Source: a virus. Taken from it: 64,000 bases of DNA. A program made the translations under genes and the position numbers. Where the stretch lies: IMG/VR virus record IMGVR_UViG_3300042197_002234, positions 64,001-128,000 of that record; one strand, 5' to 3'. Positions 19,541-27,786 of this stretch are shown piece after piece. How positions within the stretch are numbered: position 1 is the first letter of the stretch; each line of letters opens with the position of its first letter. The notes below the pieces were generated by a model. That model had not been told where the DNA came from and searched no databases. It saw nothing but the letters and a program-made list of their open reading frames with translations.

Positions 19541-20281
19541 TTATGAGGTTAAATATTTGTCCAAATCAGCATCAGTTGGTACTGAAGCTTTTGGTTTAGT
19601 TGTTCCTGCGGTCGCACCAGATGAAGCTGCGGTTTTAAATTCTTTATCATTACAAGTGTAGTTTAATACTTGCTTTGTTGTAATGTCACCTTTTCTTCCA
19701 TTACCAAAGTATCTAAAATTACCAATAACAAATGAACCATTTGATTCCATTTTAATACGCTTCTTATTGGCTAATGTTGGTACACATGGGAAATTTTTGA
19801 ATGTTTCCTCAGCACTTTTTGAAGCCGCTGGTGCTGGGGTTACTTTAGGTACAGTAATTTTAATTGAATTTTCTTTAAAAATATCATTACCACTACTATC
19901 AACATCATCTTGGTAGGTCATTGTAATTCCAATACTTTTTAGGTGATTATAAATTTGTTCAACGTAACTTAAATCGTCGGTACCAAACTCACCATTCAAT
20001 ATATTAACAATTGTTATATACTCACCCATACCATAAGCGGGAATTAAACCATTAACCAAATTAAACATATTACCGTCTTTAATTTCCTGTATTGCAGCAA
20101 CAATTGCGTCCTCATCAGTACCCATACCTACAGCCGCTTTAGCCATTTTGGCAGCAATTCTTTTAGCTGATTTGGTTAATTCATCACTTTGTTCGGTTAA
20201 ATATTGATTTTTTGTGGCAGTTTCATGAAGATTTAAAATTCTATTTCTCTCATCTTCATTTATTAAAAATAAATTTTTCAT
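19541..20281 (-). CDS. Protein with annexin-like repeat
   Basis: 'KAAVGMGTDEDAIVAAI' matches the annexin GxGTDE motif; N-terminus INEDERNRILNLH. Confidence 0.55.
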   Translation of the reverse strand: MKNLFLINEDERNRILNLHETATKNQYLTEQSDELTKSAKRIAAKMAKAAVGMGTDEDAIVAAIQEIKDGNMFNLVNGLIPAYGMGEYITIVNILNGEFGTDDLSYVEQIYNHLKSIGITMTYQDDVDSSGNDIFKENSIKITVPKVTPAPAASKSAEETFKNFPCVPTLANKKRIKMESNGSFVIGNFRYFGNGRKGDITTKQVLNYTCNDKEFKTAASSGATAGTTKPKASVPTDADLDKYLTS

Positions 20282-20343
20282 TTTTTACTAGTTTTTATTA
20301 TATAAATATCACACAATCCAAAAAAAAGTCGTATCTTTGTATT

Positions 20344-20453
20344 GTAATTAAAGGAAACGATTCAGATACAAGATATTTAATTACGTTGTCAGGGCGAAAG
20401 AATCCTGATTTAAACAGGGAAGGAACGATTCAGATACAACCCCCTGTTTTTTT
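20344..20453 (+). ncRNA. Candidate three-hairpin sRNA with two AACGATTCAGATACAA loops
   Basis: TATCTTTG at 20332-20339; stems gtaattaaa/tttaattac, tcagg/cctga, aaacaggg/ccctgttt plus T-tract; no convincing ORF. Confidence 0.65.
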
Positions 20454-20865
20454 ACACCCAAATTACAACTTGGTCTTTACCAACCCTAAATGGATTGTCA
20501 TATGATTCCCTAAAAACTGTTGTAATATATAGTTTCCAATATAAACCCATTTCTTGGTTTGGAACTACTGACATAGCCATTGCCTTTTCGGGTGATTTAA
20601 TAACAAAGGCCTCGCCTTCAGTAATGTCTCCTGATATAATTTTTTCAGCAATTTCATTTCTTGCTTGTTGAACAATATAACTTATTTCACCATTAGAGAT
20701 TTCTCTCTCGTCATAATTTTCAATACCCTCTCTTTTTCTTCTAAGGTAGGCGTGGTGTGTTCTGTCAATATCAAATGCAAAGGTAACTTCGATATTTGCT
20801 GATATTTGAGCAATCCTTTTTTCTAACAAAAGAGATTCCTTGATTAATTGACGTAATAGATTCAT
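20452..20865 (-). CDS. Hypothetical protein
   Basis: N-terminus MNLLRQLIKESLLLE; late motif upstream. Confidence 0.55.
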   Translation of the reverse strand: MNLLRQLIKESLLLEKRIAQISANIEVTFAFDIDRTHHAYLRRKREGIENYDEREISNGEISYIVQQARNEIAEKIISGDITEGEAFVIKSPEKAMAMSVVPNQEMGLYWKLYITTVFRESYDNPFRVGKDQVVIWV

Positions 20866-20885
20866 TACATATAAATACTTTTAAA

Positions 20886-21563
20886 CTAAGTTTTGTTTGA
20901 TTTTCGAATATTTTCCTCGCCCCACAATGGTTGGAGGTTTTCTAATGACCAACATTTCATAAATTCTTCGTCCCCAATTTCTACTATATTATGGACAGAA
21001 ATGGGTGTTATATGGTCAACATGCCAATCACCATAGTTATCCCATGTCATACCGTCTTTAAATTGTTTTTCTAAGTGATTAATAAGTTCTTCAGGTGTAT
21101 ATTTTAGAATATCAAAATAATGTCCGTTTTTTTGAACATTGTTTTCTTTTAATACCTGATAAATAGCGGTTCTAAAATTATTGATTAGTTTATAGATGGG
21201 GTCAGTATCTTTACGATGTTTTTCGTACTTACGTTTATAATCTCTATGTTTATCAATATTTTTTTCTCTCCATTGTTTATGATACTCATTAAGACGTTCT
21301 CTATTTTCTTTAGACCATTTTTGGTGACTTTCTGAAAGTCGTGTTTTATTTTTTTCTCTATATTTTTTATCGGCAACTTTTTTACCGCCTAAAAACTTTC
21401 TTCCACTACCTTTAATAACCACCCCATTTTCTTTTAATATTCTACTTATGGTAAAAGTGGACCAATTAAATTTTTCAGATATTTCGCGTAATCCTTTAAG
21501 TTCATCGACAAACATTACTTTAATTTCATTAATTTCTTTCTCAGTTGGGGTAATCTTTTTCAT
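20886..21563 (-). CDS. HNH homing endonuclease
   Basis: WHVDHITP..CWSLENLQPLW.EEN..K; HTH-like N-terminus; late motif 21568-21576 favours the ATG at 21563. Confidence 0.8.
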   Translation of the reverse strand: MKKITPTEKEINEIKVMFVDELKGLREISEKFNWSTFTISRILKENGVVIKGSGRKFLGGKKVADKKYREKNKTRLSESHQKWSKENRERLNEYHKQWREKNIDKHRDYKRKYEKHRKDTDPIYKLINNFRTAIYQVLKENNVQKNGHYFDILKYTPEELINHLEKQFKDGMTWDNYGDWHVDHITPISVHNIVEIGDEEFMKCWSLENLQPLWGEENIRKSNKT

Positions 21564-21617
21564 ATAATATAAATATAATATATTATTACAAAAAAACAAC
21601 TATTTAATTTTATATAT

Positions 21618-21647
21618 AAAAAAAGGTCAGATTTCTCTGACCTTTTT
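21618..21647 (-). terminator. Major capsid gene terminator
   Basis: ggtcaga-tttc-tctgacc hairpin with A/T tracts. Confidence 0.85.
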
Positions 21648-21668
21648 AAGATTTATTTAAGGGTTTGA

Positions 21669-23522
21669 TTATCTCAATTCTCTTAAATCAAATGTACGAA
21701 CTCCATCAACGGTAATACGTGCGTAGAAGCGGTTGTTCACCATTTTTTTCGCGTATCTCGTCATTATACCTTTTATTGGAGTAAAGTTAAATGGATTGTA
21801 CATTGTAGGAGTTAATTGTAGAGGTACATACGGTGCGTAGATGTAACCTGTGTCTAACAATGACGTTCCTTTGTGTCCAATTAACACTTGGTTAGCTGGG
21901 AAGTAAGGGTCACGGTAAACTTGGTAACGACCTGCTAATGTACCAACTCTTTCAATACCCATGTTGTATTGGTCTTGCTCAGGAGATGCGTTAGATACGT
22001 GGAAGTATTCTAAATCATCAAAGATTGCAGAAACCTCAGATGATACAACAATCCAGTTAGCTCCACCACGAAGTGTTGACTTGTGAATTTGAGCTGACAA
22101 TTGGTTGATAGCTGTAATCAATGTTTGGTTCCAGTCTTTCTGAGTGTAAGAAGTAGTTTGAGAAATTCTTCTCCAACCGTTGTAGTCCCAACGTAGGTTC
22201 CAAGCCGCACCTTTACGTAAGTCACGTAAAATTTCACGGTCAATCTCAGCTGCTACTTGCTCAGATAACAATGCTGTTAACTCAGCTTCAGCGTCGATGT
22301 TATGGAATGCTGCTACGTCTTGAGCCAATTCAGGAGACCATTGTGCTCTTAGTTTTCTTTCTGTTACAGAAACTGTAACTGACTCAAGGTCGAAAGAAAC
22401 TTCACCAATTTTGTCTTCGAATTCTAACTCTTCGTAACGTCTCCATGCTGCGTAGAATGAACTTGAAGTTAAACCTGTCGAAATTGTAGTACCAGTGTAA
22501 CCATCCAAAGATGTTGAGTTACAATCAGCACATACTGGACAAGATAAATCTACTTCCAAGTAAATACAACCATCTGCAGAACAGATATTTTTAAATGAAC
22601 CACCATTACCTGTTGAAGGCCATGATGTAGTTACTGTGTTACCGTATTGAACGATACCTTGACCATATTGTTGAGTAACAACTCTGAACAACAATGGACC
22701 TGTAGATACTGTACAAGGTGAGCCTTCAGCAACTGTTAAACCAGCACCTGTAAAGATAATTAAGTTAGACAAGAACTCTTCTGTGTCCATTTCATTACCA
22801 TTAGGTCCGATTAATTTACCAGCACCTGTGTCAGCGAAACCACACATTTTAACGATAACTTTTCTTGTGTTACCTGAAGCGATAAGACCACTACCATCAG
22901 TTGTACCCGAAATAATCGCATCTTCTAAGTTACCGTTACTCCATTTTTGGATTGAGGTTGTTGCTGTGATAGCTGACCAACGACCTTTAGAATAATCGAA
23001 TAAACCTGCTGGGTCTAAACCTGGTTCAGTTCCTTCGTAGAATAAATCGTAAAGGTTTTTAGAGAATGGTGCTCCACTGTTATAACCCGCTGCTGGGTCA
23101 CCAGGATAGTTACCAGGAGAACCTACAGGTGCGTAGTGGTCACCTGAAGATACATCACTCCACTGAGTGTTAGTACCACCACTGTAACCTTGAATTTTAG
23201 GTACGAAGTAGAACAATTTACCGATAGGTAAGTTCATTGCTTGTACAGAAACGATATCGTTTGCTAACAACTTAGAAAACACACGTCTAACGATTGGGAA
23301 AACCACAGTTTCAAAAGAACCTGAAGAACCGTCAGAAGTTGCTTCGTTAATCAAGAAGCTAGCTTGGTTTTCATAAAGCTGAGCTACGTTTTCTTTTAGG
23401 TGGCCTTTAAGACCTTCAAGGAACCCTAATTTGTCCCATTTGTTAATTGTATCTTCTTTGATAACTTTAAGGTGCTTAAGACCGATGTTACCAACAAGAC
23501 CTGATTCTAATAATGCTCCCAT
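21669..23522 (-). CDS. Major capsid protein (T4 gp23-like)
   Basis: VFPIVRRVF..L.ANDIVSVQ.M..P.G, 'V.VT.RKLRAQWSPELAQD', 'EIDREI', 'YAPYVPL', 'GIMTRYA'. Confidence 0.97.
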   Translation of the reverse strand: MGALLESGLVGNIGLKHLKVIKEDTINKWDKLGFLEGLKGHLKENVAQLYENQASFLINEATSDGSSGSFETVVFPIVRRVFSKLLANDIVSVQAMNLPIGKLFYFVPKIQGYSGGTNTQWSDVSSGDHYAPVGSPGNYPGDPAAGYNSGAPFSKNLYDLFYEGTEPGLDPAGLFDYSKGRWSAITATTSIQKWSNGNLEDAIISGTTDGSGLIASGNTRKVIVKMCGFADTGAGKLIGPNGNEMDTEEFLSNLIIFTGAGLTVAEGSPCTVSTGPLLFRVVTQQYGQGIVQYGNTVTTSWPSTGNGGSFKNICSADGCIYLEVDLSCPVCADCNSTSLDGYTGTTISTGLTSSSFYAAWRRYEELEFEDKIGEVSFDLESVTVSVTERKLRAQWSPELAQDVAAFHNIDAEAELTALLSEQVAAEIDREILRDLRKGAAWNLRWDYNGWRRISQTTSYTQKDWNQTLITAINQLSAQIHKSTLRGGANWIVVSSEVSAIFDDLEYFHVSNASPEQDQYNMGIERVGTLAGRYQVYRDPYFPANQVLIGHKGTSLLDTGYIYAPYVPLQLTPTMYNPFNFTPIKGIMTRYAKKMVNNRFYARITVDGVRTFDLRELR

Positions 23523-23559
23523 TTTTTTGGTTTTTTATTAATTTTTGTTTAGTTTATTT

Positions 23560-25164
23560 TTATTTTATTTTTGCCATTAAATCTTTCATTCTTAAGAACT
23601 GAGGATTTTCATAAGTTTTAGACTCAATCAAGCTAACCGCTGAACCTGTTACTTGAACGTTTTCAATTTTACGCTCAATAGATTCGTTCATTGGTTGACT
23701 TGTCTTAACTGAAAGTTCATCTTTAATGGTCTTGTAAAGATTCTTAGATTCTTTTAGAGACTCAACACCGTCAAATCTTCTCAAGATGTTAATTTTTTCT
23801 TGTTTAGATGTTGAATGTTCAGTGAACAAACGAGTTGCGTATGCTAAGTTTGAGTTAAATACTGCAACTTCATTTAATTTATTTCTGAACACGTTAAGTG
23901 CTTTTCTGTACTCTTCATTTTTCTCTCTAAGAATTTGTACTTCTTTAGCGGTACTTTCGAAAGTTAAGTTTCTATTAGGAGTGATTGCTTTTCTTAAACC
24001 ACGACCTGATTTAGAACCGTTTCCGTAAGTTCTTGCCGCCTCTTTGGTTTCATCCTTTTTAACGGTTTTCATTTTACCGTCCATGTTTTCACCTTCTTTG
24101 TATTCAAATTTTGCCTTACCTGTACCCATGGTTTTGTTAACTTTTTTCTTAATAGTTTTAAAACCACCTTCCATGTTAGGTTTGTTAGAATACACTTTTC
24201 TTTTATTTGGACTACCCATTCCGACACCTTTAGGTTTTACTGTCATTTTAGATTCCATAACGTCATCTAAAGCTTCAACATCACCTTCTTCCATTTCATA
24301 GTCTTTGTAGTGACCATCAACGTCACCCATTTTGCGACCACCTCTTCTCTTGAAGTCGTGTTTGTTTCCACCATATTCACCTTCTTCCATGTCTTCCATT
24401 TCGTCCATTTCGATTTCGTATACAATTTCTTCTCCGTCAGACTCTTCCTCATAAAACATACCACCAGGTCTGTCTTCTTCAGGTTGTGATGGTAAGTCCA
24501 TATAATCATCCATATCATCTATGTCCATGTAATCCATGTTCATATCATCCATGTCGTCCATACCATATTCGTCGTCATCACTCATGAATACTCTTTCAAC
24601 GATATCTTCAATTGACTCTTCGCCTTCCTCAACATCGTACATTTCAGAAAATTCTTCTTCCATGTCTCCATAATCAACACCTTCCATTTCTTCCATGTCA
24701 CCAGTGTAGTCGTCATCATCACCTTCACCAACAATCATGTATTCTTTACCTTCATCTTTAAGATTAATGTTTCCAGCATCATCCTTTACAACAACAATGT
24801 TGTCTTCAGGACCTGCTAAAGAAAATACACGTAAGATTTCATCTTCATCTTCAATGCCAGTTAGGTCGATAGTGTCTTCCTCATCACCCATGTCCATGTC
24901 CATTTCGGTGTCCATGTCAAGTTCGTCGTTATCAGTATCCATTTCGTCACCTTCCATGTCATCCATTTCAGGTTCTTCCATTTCAACGTCTGTGTCAATC
25001 TCCATATCGTCTTCTTCTTGTTCAGACAGAGATTCTTTTACTAATTCTTTGATTTCTTCCTTCATTGTTGAAGCAAGTATTCCTTTTGCATTTTCAGCAA
25101 CCGCTTCTTCCAAGTTTTTCATTTGGATGATTGCTTCTTCTACTAAAGATTTTTCTTTTGCCAT
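23560..25164 (-). CDS. Prohead core/scaffold protein (gp22-like)
   Basis: Highly acidic, coiled-coil, directly upstream of MCP; late motif 25185-25193 favours MAKEK start. Confidence 0.8.
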   Translation of the reverse strand: MAKEKSLVEEAIIQMKNLEEAVAENAKGILASTMKEEIKELVKESLSEQEEDDMEIDTDVEMEEPEMDDMEGDEMDTDNDELDMDTEMDMDMGDEEDTIDLTGIEDEDEILRVFSLAGPEDNIVVVKDDAGNINLKDEGKEYMIVGEGDDDDYTGDMEEMEGVDYGDMEEEFSEMYDVEEGEESIEDIVERVFMSDDDEYGMDDMDDMNMDYMDIDDMDDYMDLPSQPEEDRPGGMFYEEESDGEEIVYEIEMDEMEDMEEGEYGGNKHDFKRRGGRKMGDVDGHYKDYEMEEGDVEALDDVMESKMTVKPKGVGMGSPNKRKVYSNKPNMEGGFKTIKKKVNKTMGTGKAKFEYKEGENMDGKMKTVKKDETKEAARTYGNGSKSGRGLRKAITPNRNLTFESTAKEVQILREKNEEYRKALNVFRNKLNEVAVFNSNLAYATRLFTEHSTSKQEKINILRRFDGVESLKESKNLYKTIKDELSVKTSQPMNESIERKIENVQVTGSAVSLIESKTYENPQFLRMKDLMAKIK

Positions 25165-25278
25165 AATTTGTTTATATTTTAATATATAAATATTACCATT
25201 TAGCAAAAAAGTTTAATTATCACTATTTTGATAAATGGTTTTTTATATACAATAAATATTTCCAAATTCACAAAAAAT

Positions 25279-25304
25279 AAAAAAGGGGACTATTGTCCCC
25301 TTTT
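25279..25304 (-). terminator. Intrinsic terminator
   Basis: ggggac-tatt-gtcccc with tracts. Confidence 0.8.
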
Positions 25305-25328
25305 AATTATTGAAAATAATTGAAATTA

Positions 25329-25538
25329 TTATTCTATCACCTCATCAATTTTACTTTCAACAATGGCTGTGATTCTCCAATCTTGAGTGTAGTTTTCGTA
25401 AACTTTAGTTACTTTAGCCTCAACGTCAGTAGGACTATAACCCCTAACCAATTTTTCTTCTCTTAATTTTTTAATTTTTCCTGATTGGTCATCAACCATA
25501 TCAGTTGTGATTTTTGCTACAAAATACTTTTCGTCCAT
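25329..25538 (-). CDS. Small protein resembling Bacteroidota DUF4494
   Basis: 'YF.AKI...G.IKK..E..LV...S.T.VEA' recalled resemblance; not verified. Confidence 0.4.
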   Translation of the reverse strand: MDEKYFVAKITTDMVDDQSGKIKKLREEKLVRGYSPTDVEAKVTKVYENYTQDWRITAIVESKIDEVIE

Positions 25539-25548
25539 AATATAATTT

Positions 25549-26271
25549 TTAATATCCCAAATAATCGGTTAATCTTTTCATTAAGTCAATAGATTTGTCT
25601 GTAGCTCCACCAGTTTGTTTTTGCATTTTCATTTTATTTTCTTCCTCAATATTTTCTTCAAAGTTAAATCTTTCTTCAGGTTGACTAAATAAATAAGCTC
25701 CAGGTGTTGATGGTGAAGATACCAAGTCAAAACATATTAATTCAAAATCGTCTTGTACTTCATTTTGTTCACCAACTTTTTTAAGTGAACCAACACCACG
25801 AGATGATATACCTAATGTTACACCTTGTCTTAAGTAATTAGCTGCCATGTCCCCCTTAGTAGAAACAATACCTCTTTCATGGAACCCTGGTGAAGTTAAT
25901 AATTTTAGCTTACCCATCAATACAGGCCCGTCCCACCAAATATCGGTTATTATGTGAGATACTCTATCCAAGTCTATAAGAGAAGATTCAGGGTGGTTTA
26001 ACTCAGAAAGAGCCGTTCCTTTTTGAATCATCTTTTTATAATTGTCAGCCTCTCTTTTTAATATACGTTCAGGGTATATTCTACCATTTCTGTTTGGGGT
26101 ATTATACTTTTGTAACACCGCGTAGAATTCAAAAGGTTTGGAATGGTCTAACATTGCTTTAGACTCCATAATAAATTGATTGTTTTCTTCTTTTGGATTA
26201 ATAAATCCCGCATCATATTCAATCAAAATACCTTTACCACTCTCATGAGGTTTTAATATTTTCAAATCCAT
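25549..26271 (-). CDS. Prohead core protease (T4 gp21, peptidase U9)
   Basis: NRNGRIYP, ALSELNHP, VSH, GISSRGVGSL, DFELICFDLVSSPSTPGAY. Confidence 0.95.
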   Translation of the reverse strand: MDLKILKPHESGKGILIEYDAGFINPKEENNQFIMESKAMLDHSKPFEFYAVLQKYNTPNRNGRIYPERILKREADNYKKMIQKGTALSELNHPESSLIDLDRVSHIITDIWWDGPVLMGKLKLLTSPGFHERGIVSTKGDMAANYLRQGVTLGISSRGVGSLKKVGEQNEVQDDFELICFDLVSSPSTPGAYLFSQPEERFNFEENIEEENKMKMQKQTGGATDKSIDLMKRLTDYLGY

Positions 26272-26296
26272 GTTTAATATTTTTATTTAATAAATA

Positions 26297-26767
26297 TCAA
26301 AGATTTGCTATTTGTAGTGTTTCATTATTTGGATTACCTTTTTTTGTCAAATAAAATTTAAAATACTCATTGTTGTAAAAGACTTCATCAAATATGTTAT
26401 TAGCGATTTTTTTAAGTGAATCTTTAATTTCTTTTGATTTGAAATCCTTATCGTCTTTAATTAAGTAAAAATTGATTTCTAAGTTCATAAATGATTTTTT
26501 ACCTAATGAAATTCCACTTGACCTTAAATCTAAATCTACAATAAATTTTTCTTCAAAAAGATTGTTATTAACGGAATCTAATGTTGCGTGTTTTATCGCC
26601 CTGCTCATGTTTAGTACTACTCTATTCCAATTTTCGTACTCATCGATGGGTTCTACCCAAGTTTGGATGTTTAAATAAATTGATTTTAACTTTACTGAAT
26701 CTACTGTACCATAGGTTATTTTTGCAAAGTTATTTGTTTGAATTTTTGAGGTTTTCCCCTTTTTCAT
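26297..26767 (-). CDS. Hypothetical protein
   Basis: ORF in the head module. Confidence 0.55.
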   Translation of the reverse strand: MKKGKTSKIQTNNFAKITYGTVDSVKLKSIYLNIQTWVEPIDEYENWNRVVLNMSRAIKHATLDSVNNNLFEEKFIVDLDLRSSGISLGKKSFMNLEINFYLIKDDKDFKSKEIKDSLKKIANNIFDEVFYNNEYFKFYLTKKGNPNNETLQIANL

Positions 26768-26857
26768 TTGTCTTCATATTTTCCCTGTTTATTTTTTTAA
26801 TAATAATAGGTATATTTAGAGTTATAGTCAAAAAACTAATAAATTGAAAGGAAATAT

Positions 26858-27052
26858 ATGATTATTGTAAAAGTAGACAAAAATTCTAATTTGGAAAAGG
26901 CCTTAAAAGTTTACAAAAGTAAAATTATTAAGACAAGACAACTTTCTGAAATTAATAACAGAAAAGAGTTTGTTAAAAAATCGGTTAAGAGAAGACAACA
27001 GATTTTAAAGGCTAAATACGTACAAAAAACATTTAAATCAAATAACGATTAA
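26858..27052 (+). CDS. rpsU: Ribosomal protein bS21
   Basis: M.IVKV...NLEKALK.YK.K..KT..L.E...RKEFVK.SVKRR..I.KA.Y; 64 aa; antisense within the head genes. Confidence 0.9.
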   Translation: MIIVKVDKNSNLEKALKVYKSKIIKTRQLSEINNRKEFVKKSVKRRQQILKAKYVQKTFKSNND

Positions 27053-27768
27053 ATATTTTCGTTTAGACCTTTTAATTTAAAATATGATAATTTATCGTAT
27101 TTTTCAGAAATAACTTTTGATAAAGTTTCATCAATTTTTGATTTAGTACTTTTATCAATTGTTTCATTTTTTAAGTTTGTTAATTTTGTAACAACACTTT
27201 CTTTAATAGTTTCAAACTCACTGACATATTTTGAATCGTCCTCTGATAAAATTTTAATTAATTCTTTTTTGTCAGATTCATTTAGAGATTCTATGTAATT
27301 ACTAATAGTCTTATTAGCTAAATTAACCATAGAACTAATTGGGATTAAAGGTGTTTCAGACTTAGTTAAAGGTTTTTTCTTAAGTGTTTCCGAAATAAGT
27401 CTTCGGCTTTCAAGTCTAGACTCAATCATTAAAACATTATTTGAAAATAAATTATCAATATTTTTATATTGGTTTTCAACTATAGTGTTTTTAACCCAAT
27501 TCTTAATTTTATTAACATCACTTTCATTTATTTTATTTACGGTATTTTCATATACAGTAATACACTCATTGATGTAATCAAAAACTAAATTATTATCAAT
27601 ACCTTTGTTAGATGATAAATTATCGTACAAATAGTAAATTTTAGAAATATTTTTATTTTCTAAAACATACTTTTTAAAGTTTTTTAGTTCTTCTTTAAGG
27701 GTACCTTTTTTATACGATTCTAATAAGGTATTTTCTATTCTTGATTTTAATATTCCGAAATTCATCAT
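27049..27768 (-). CDS. Hypothetical head-module protein
   Basis: Helical, many L/I-x-E motifs; late motif 27779-27787. Confidence 0.55.
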   Translation of the reverse strand: MMNFGILKSRIENTLLESYKKGTLKEELKNFKKYVLENKNISKIYYLYDNLSSNKGIDNNLVFDYINECITVYENTVNKINESDVNKIKNWVKNTIVENQYKNIDNLFSNNVLMIESRLESRRLISETLKKKPLTKSETPLIPISSMVNLANKTISNYIESLNESDKKELIKILSEDDSKYVSEFETIKESVVTKLTNLKNETIDKSTKSKIDETLSKVISEKYDKLSYFKLKGLNENI

Positions 27769-27786
27769 TGTTTTTAATTATAAATA

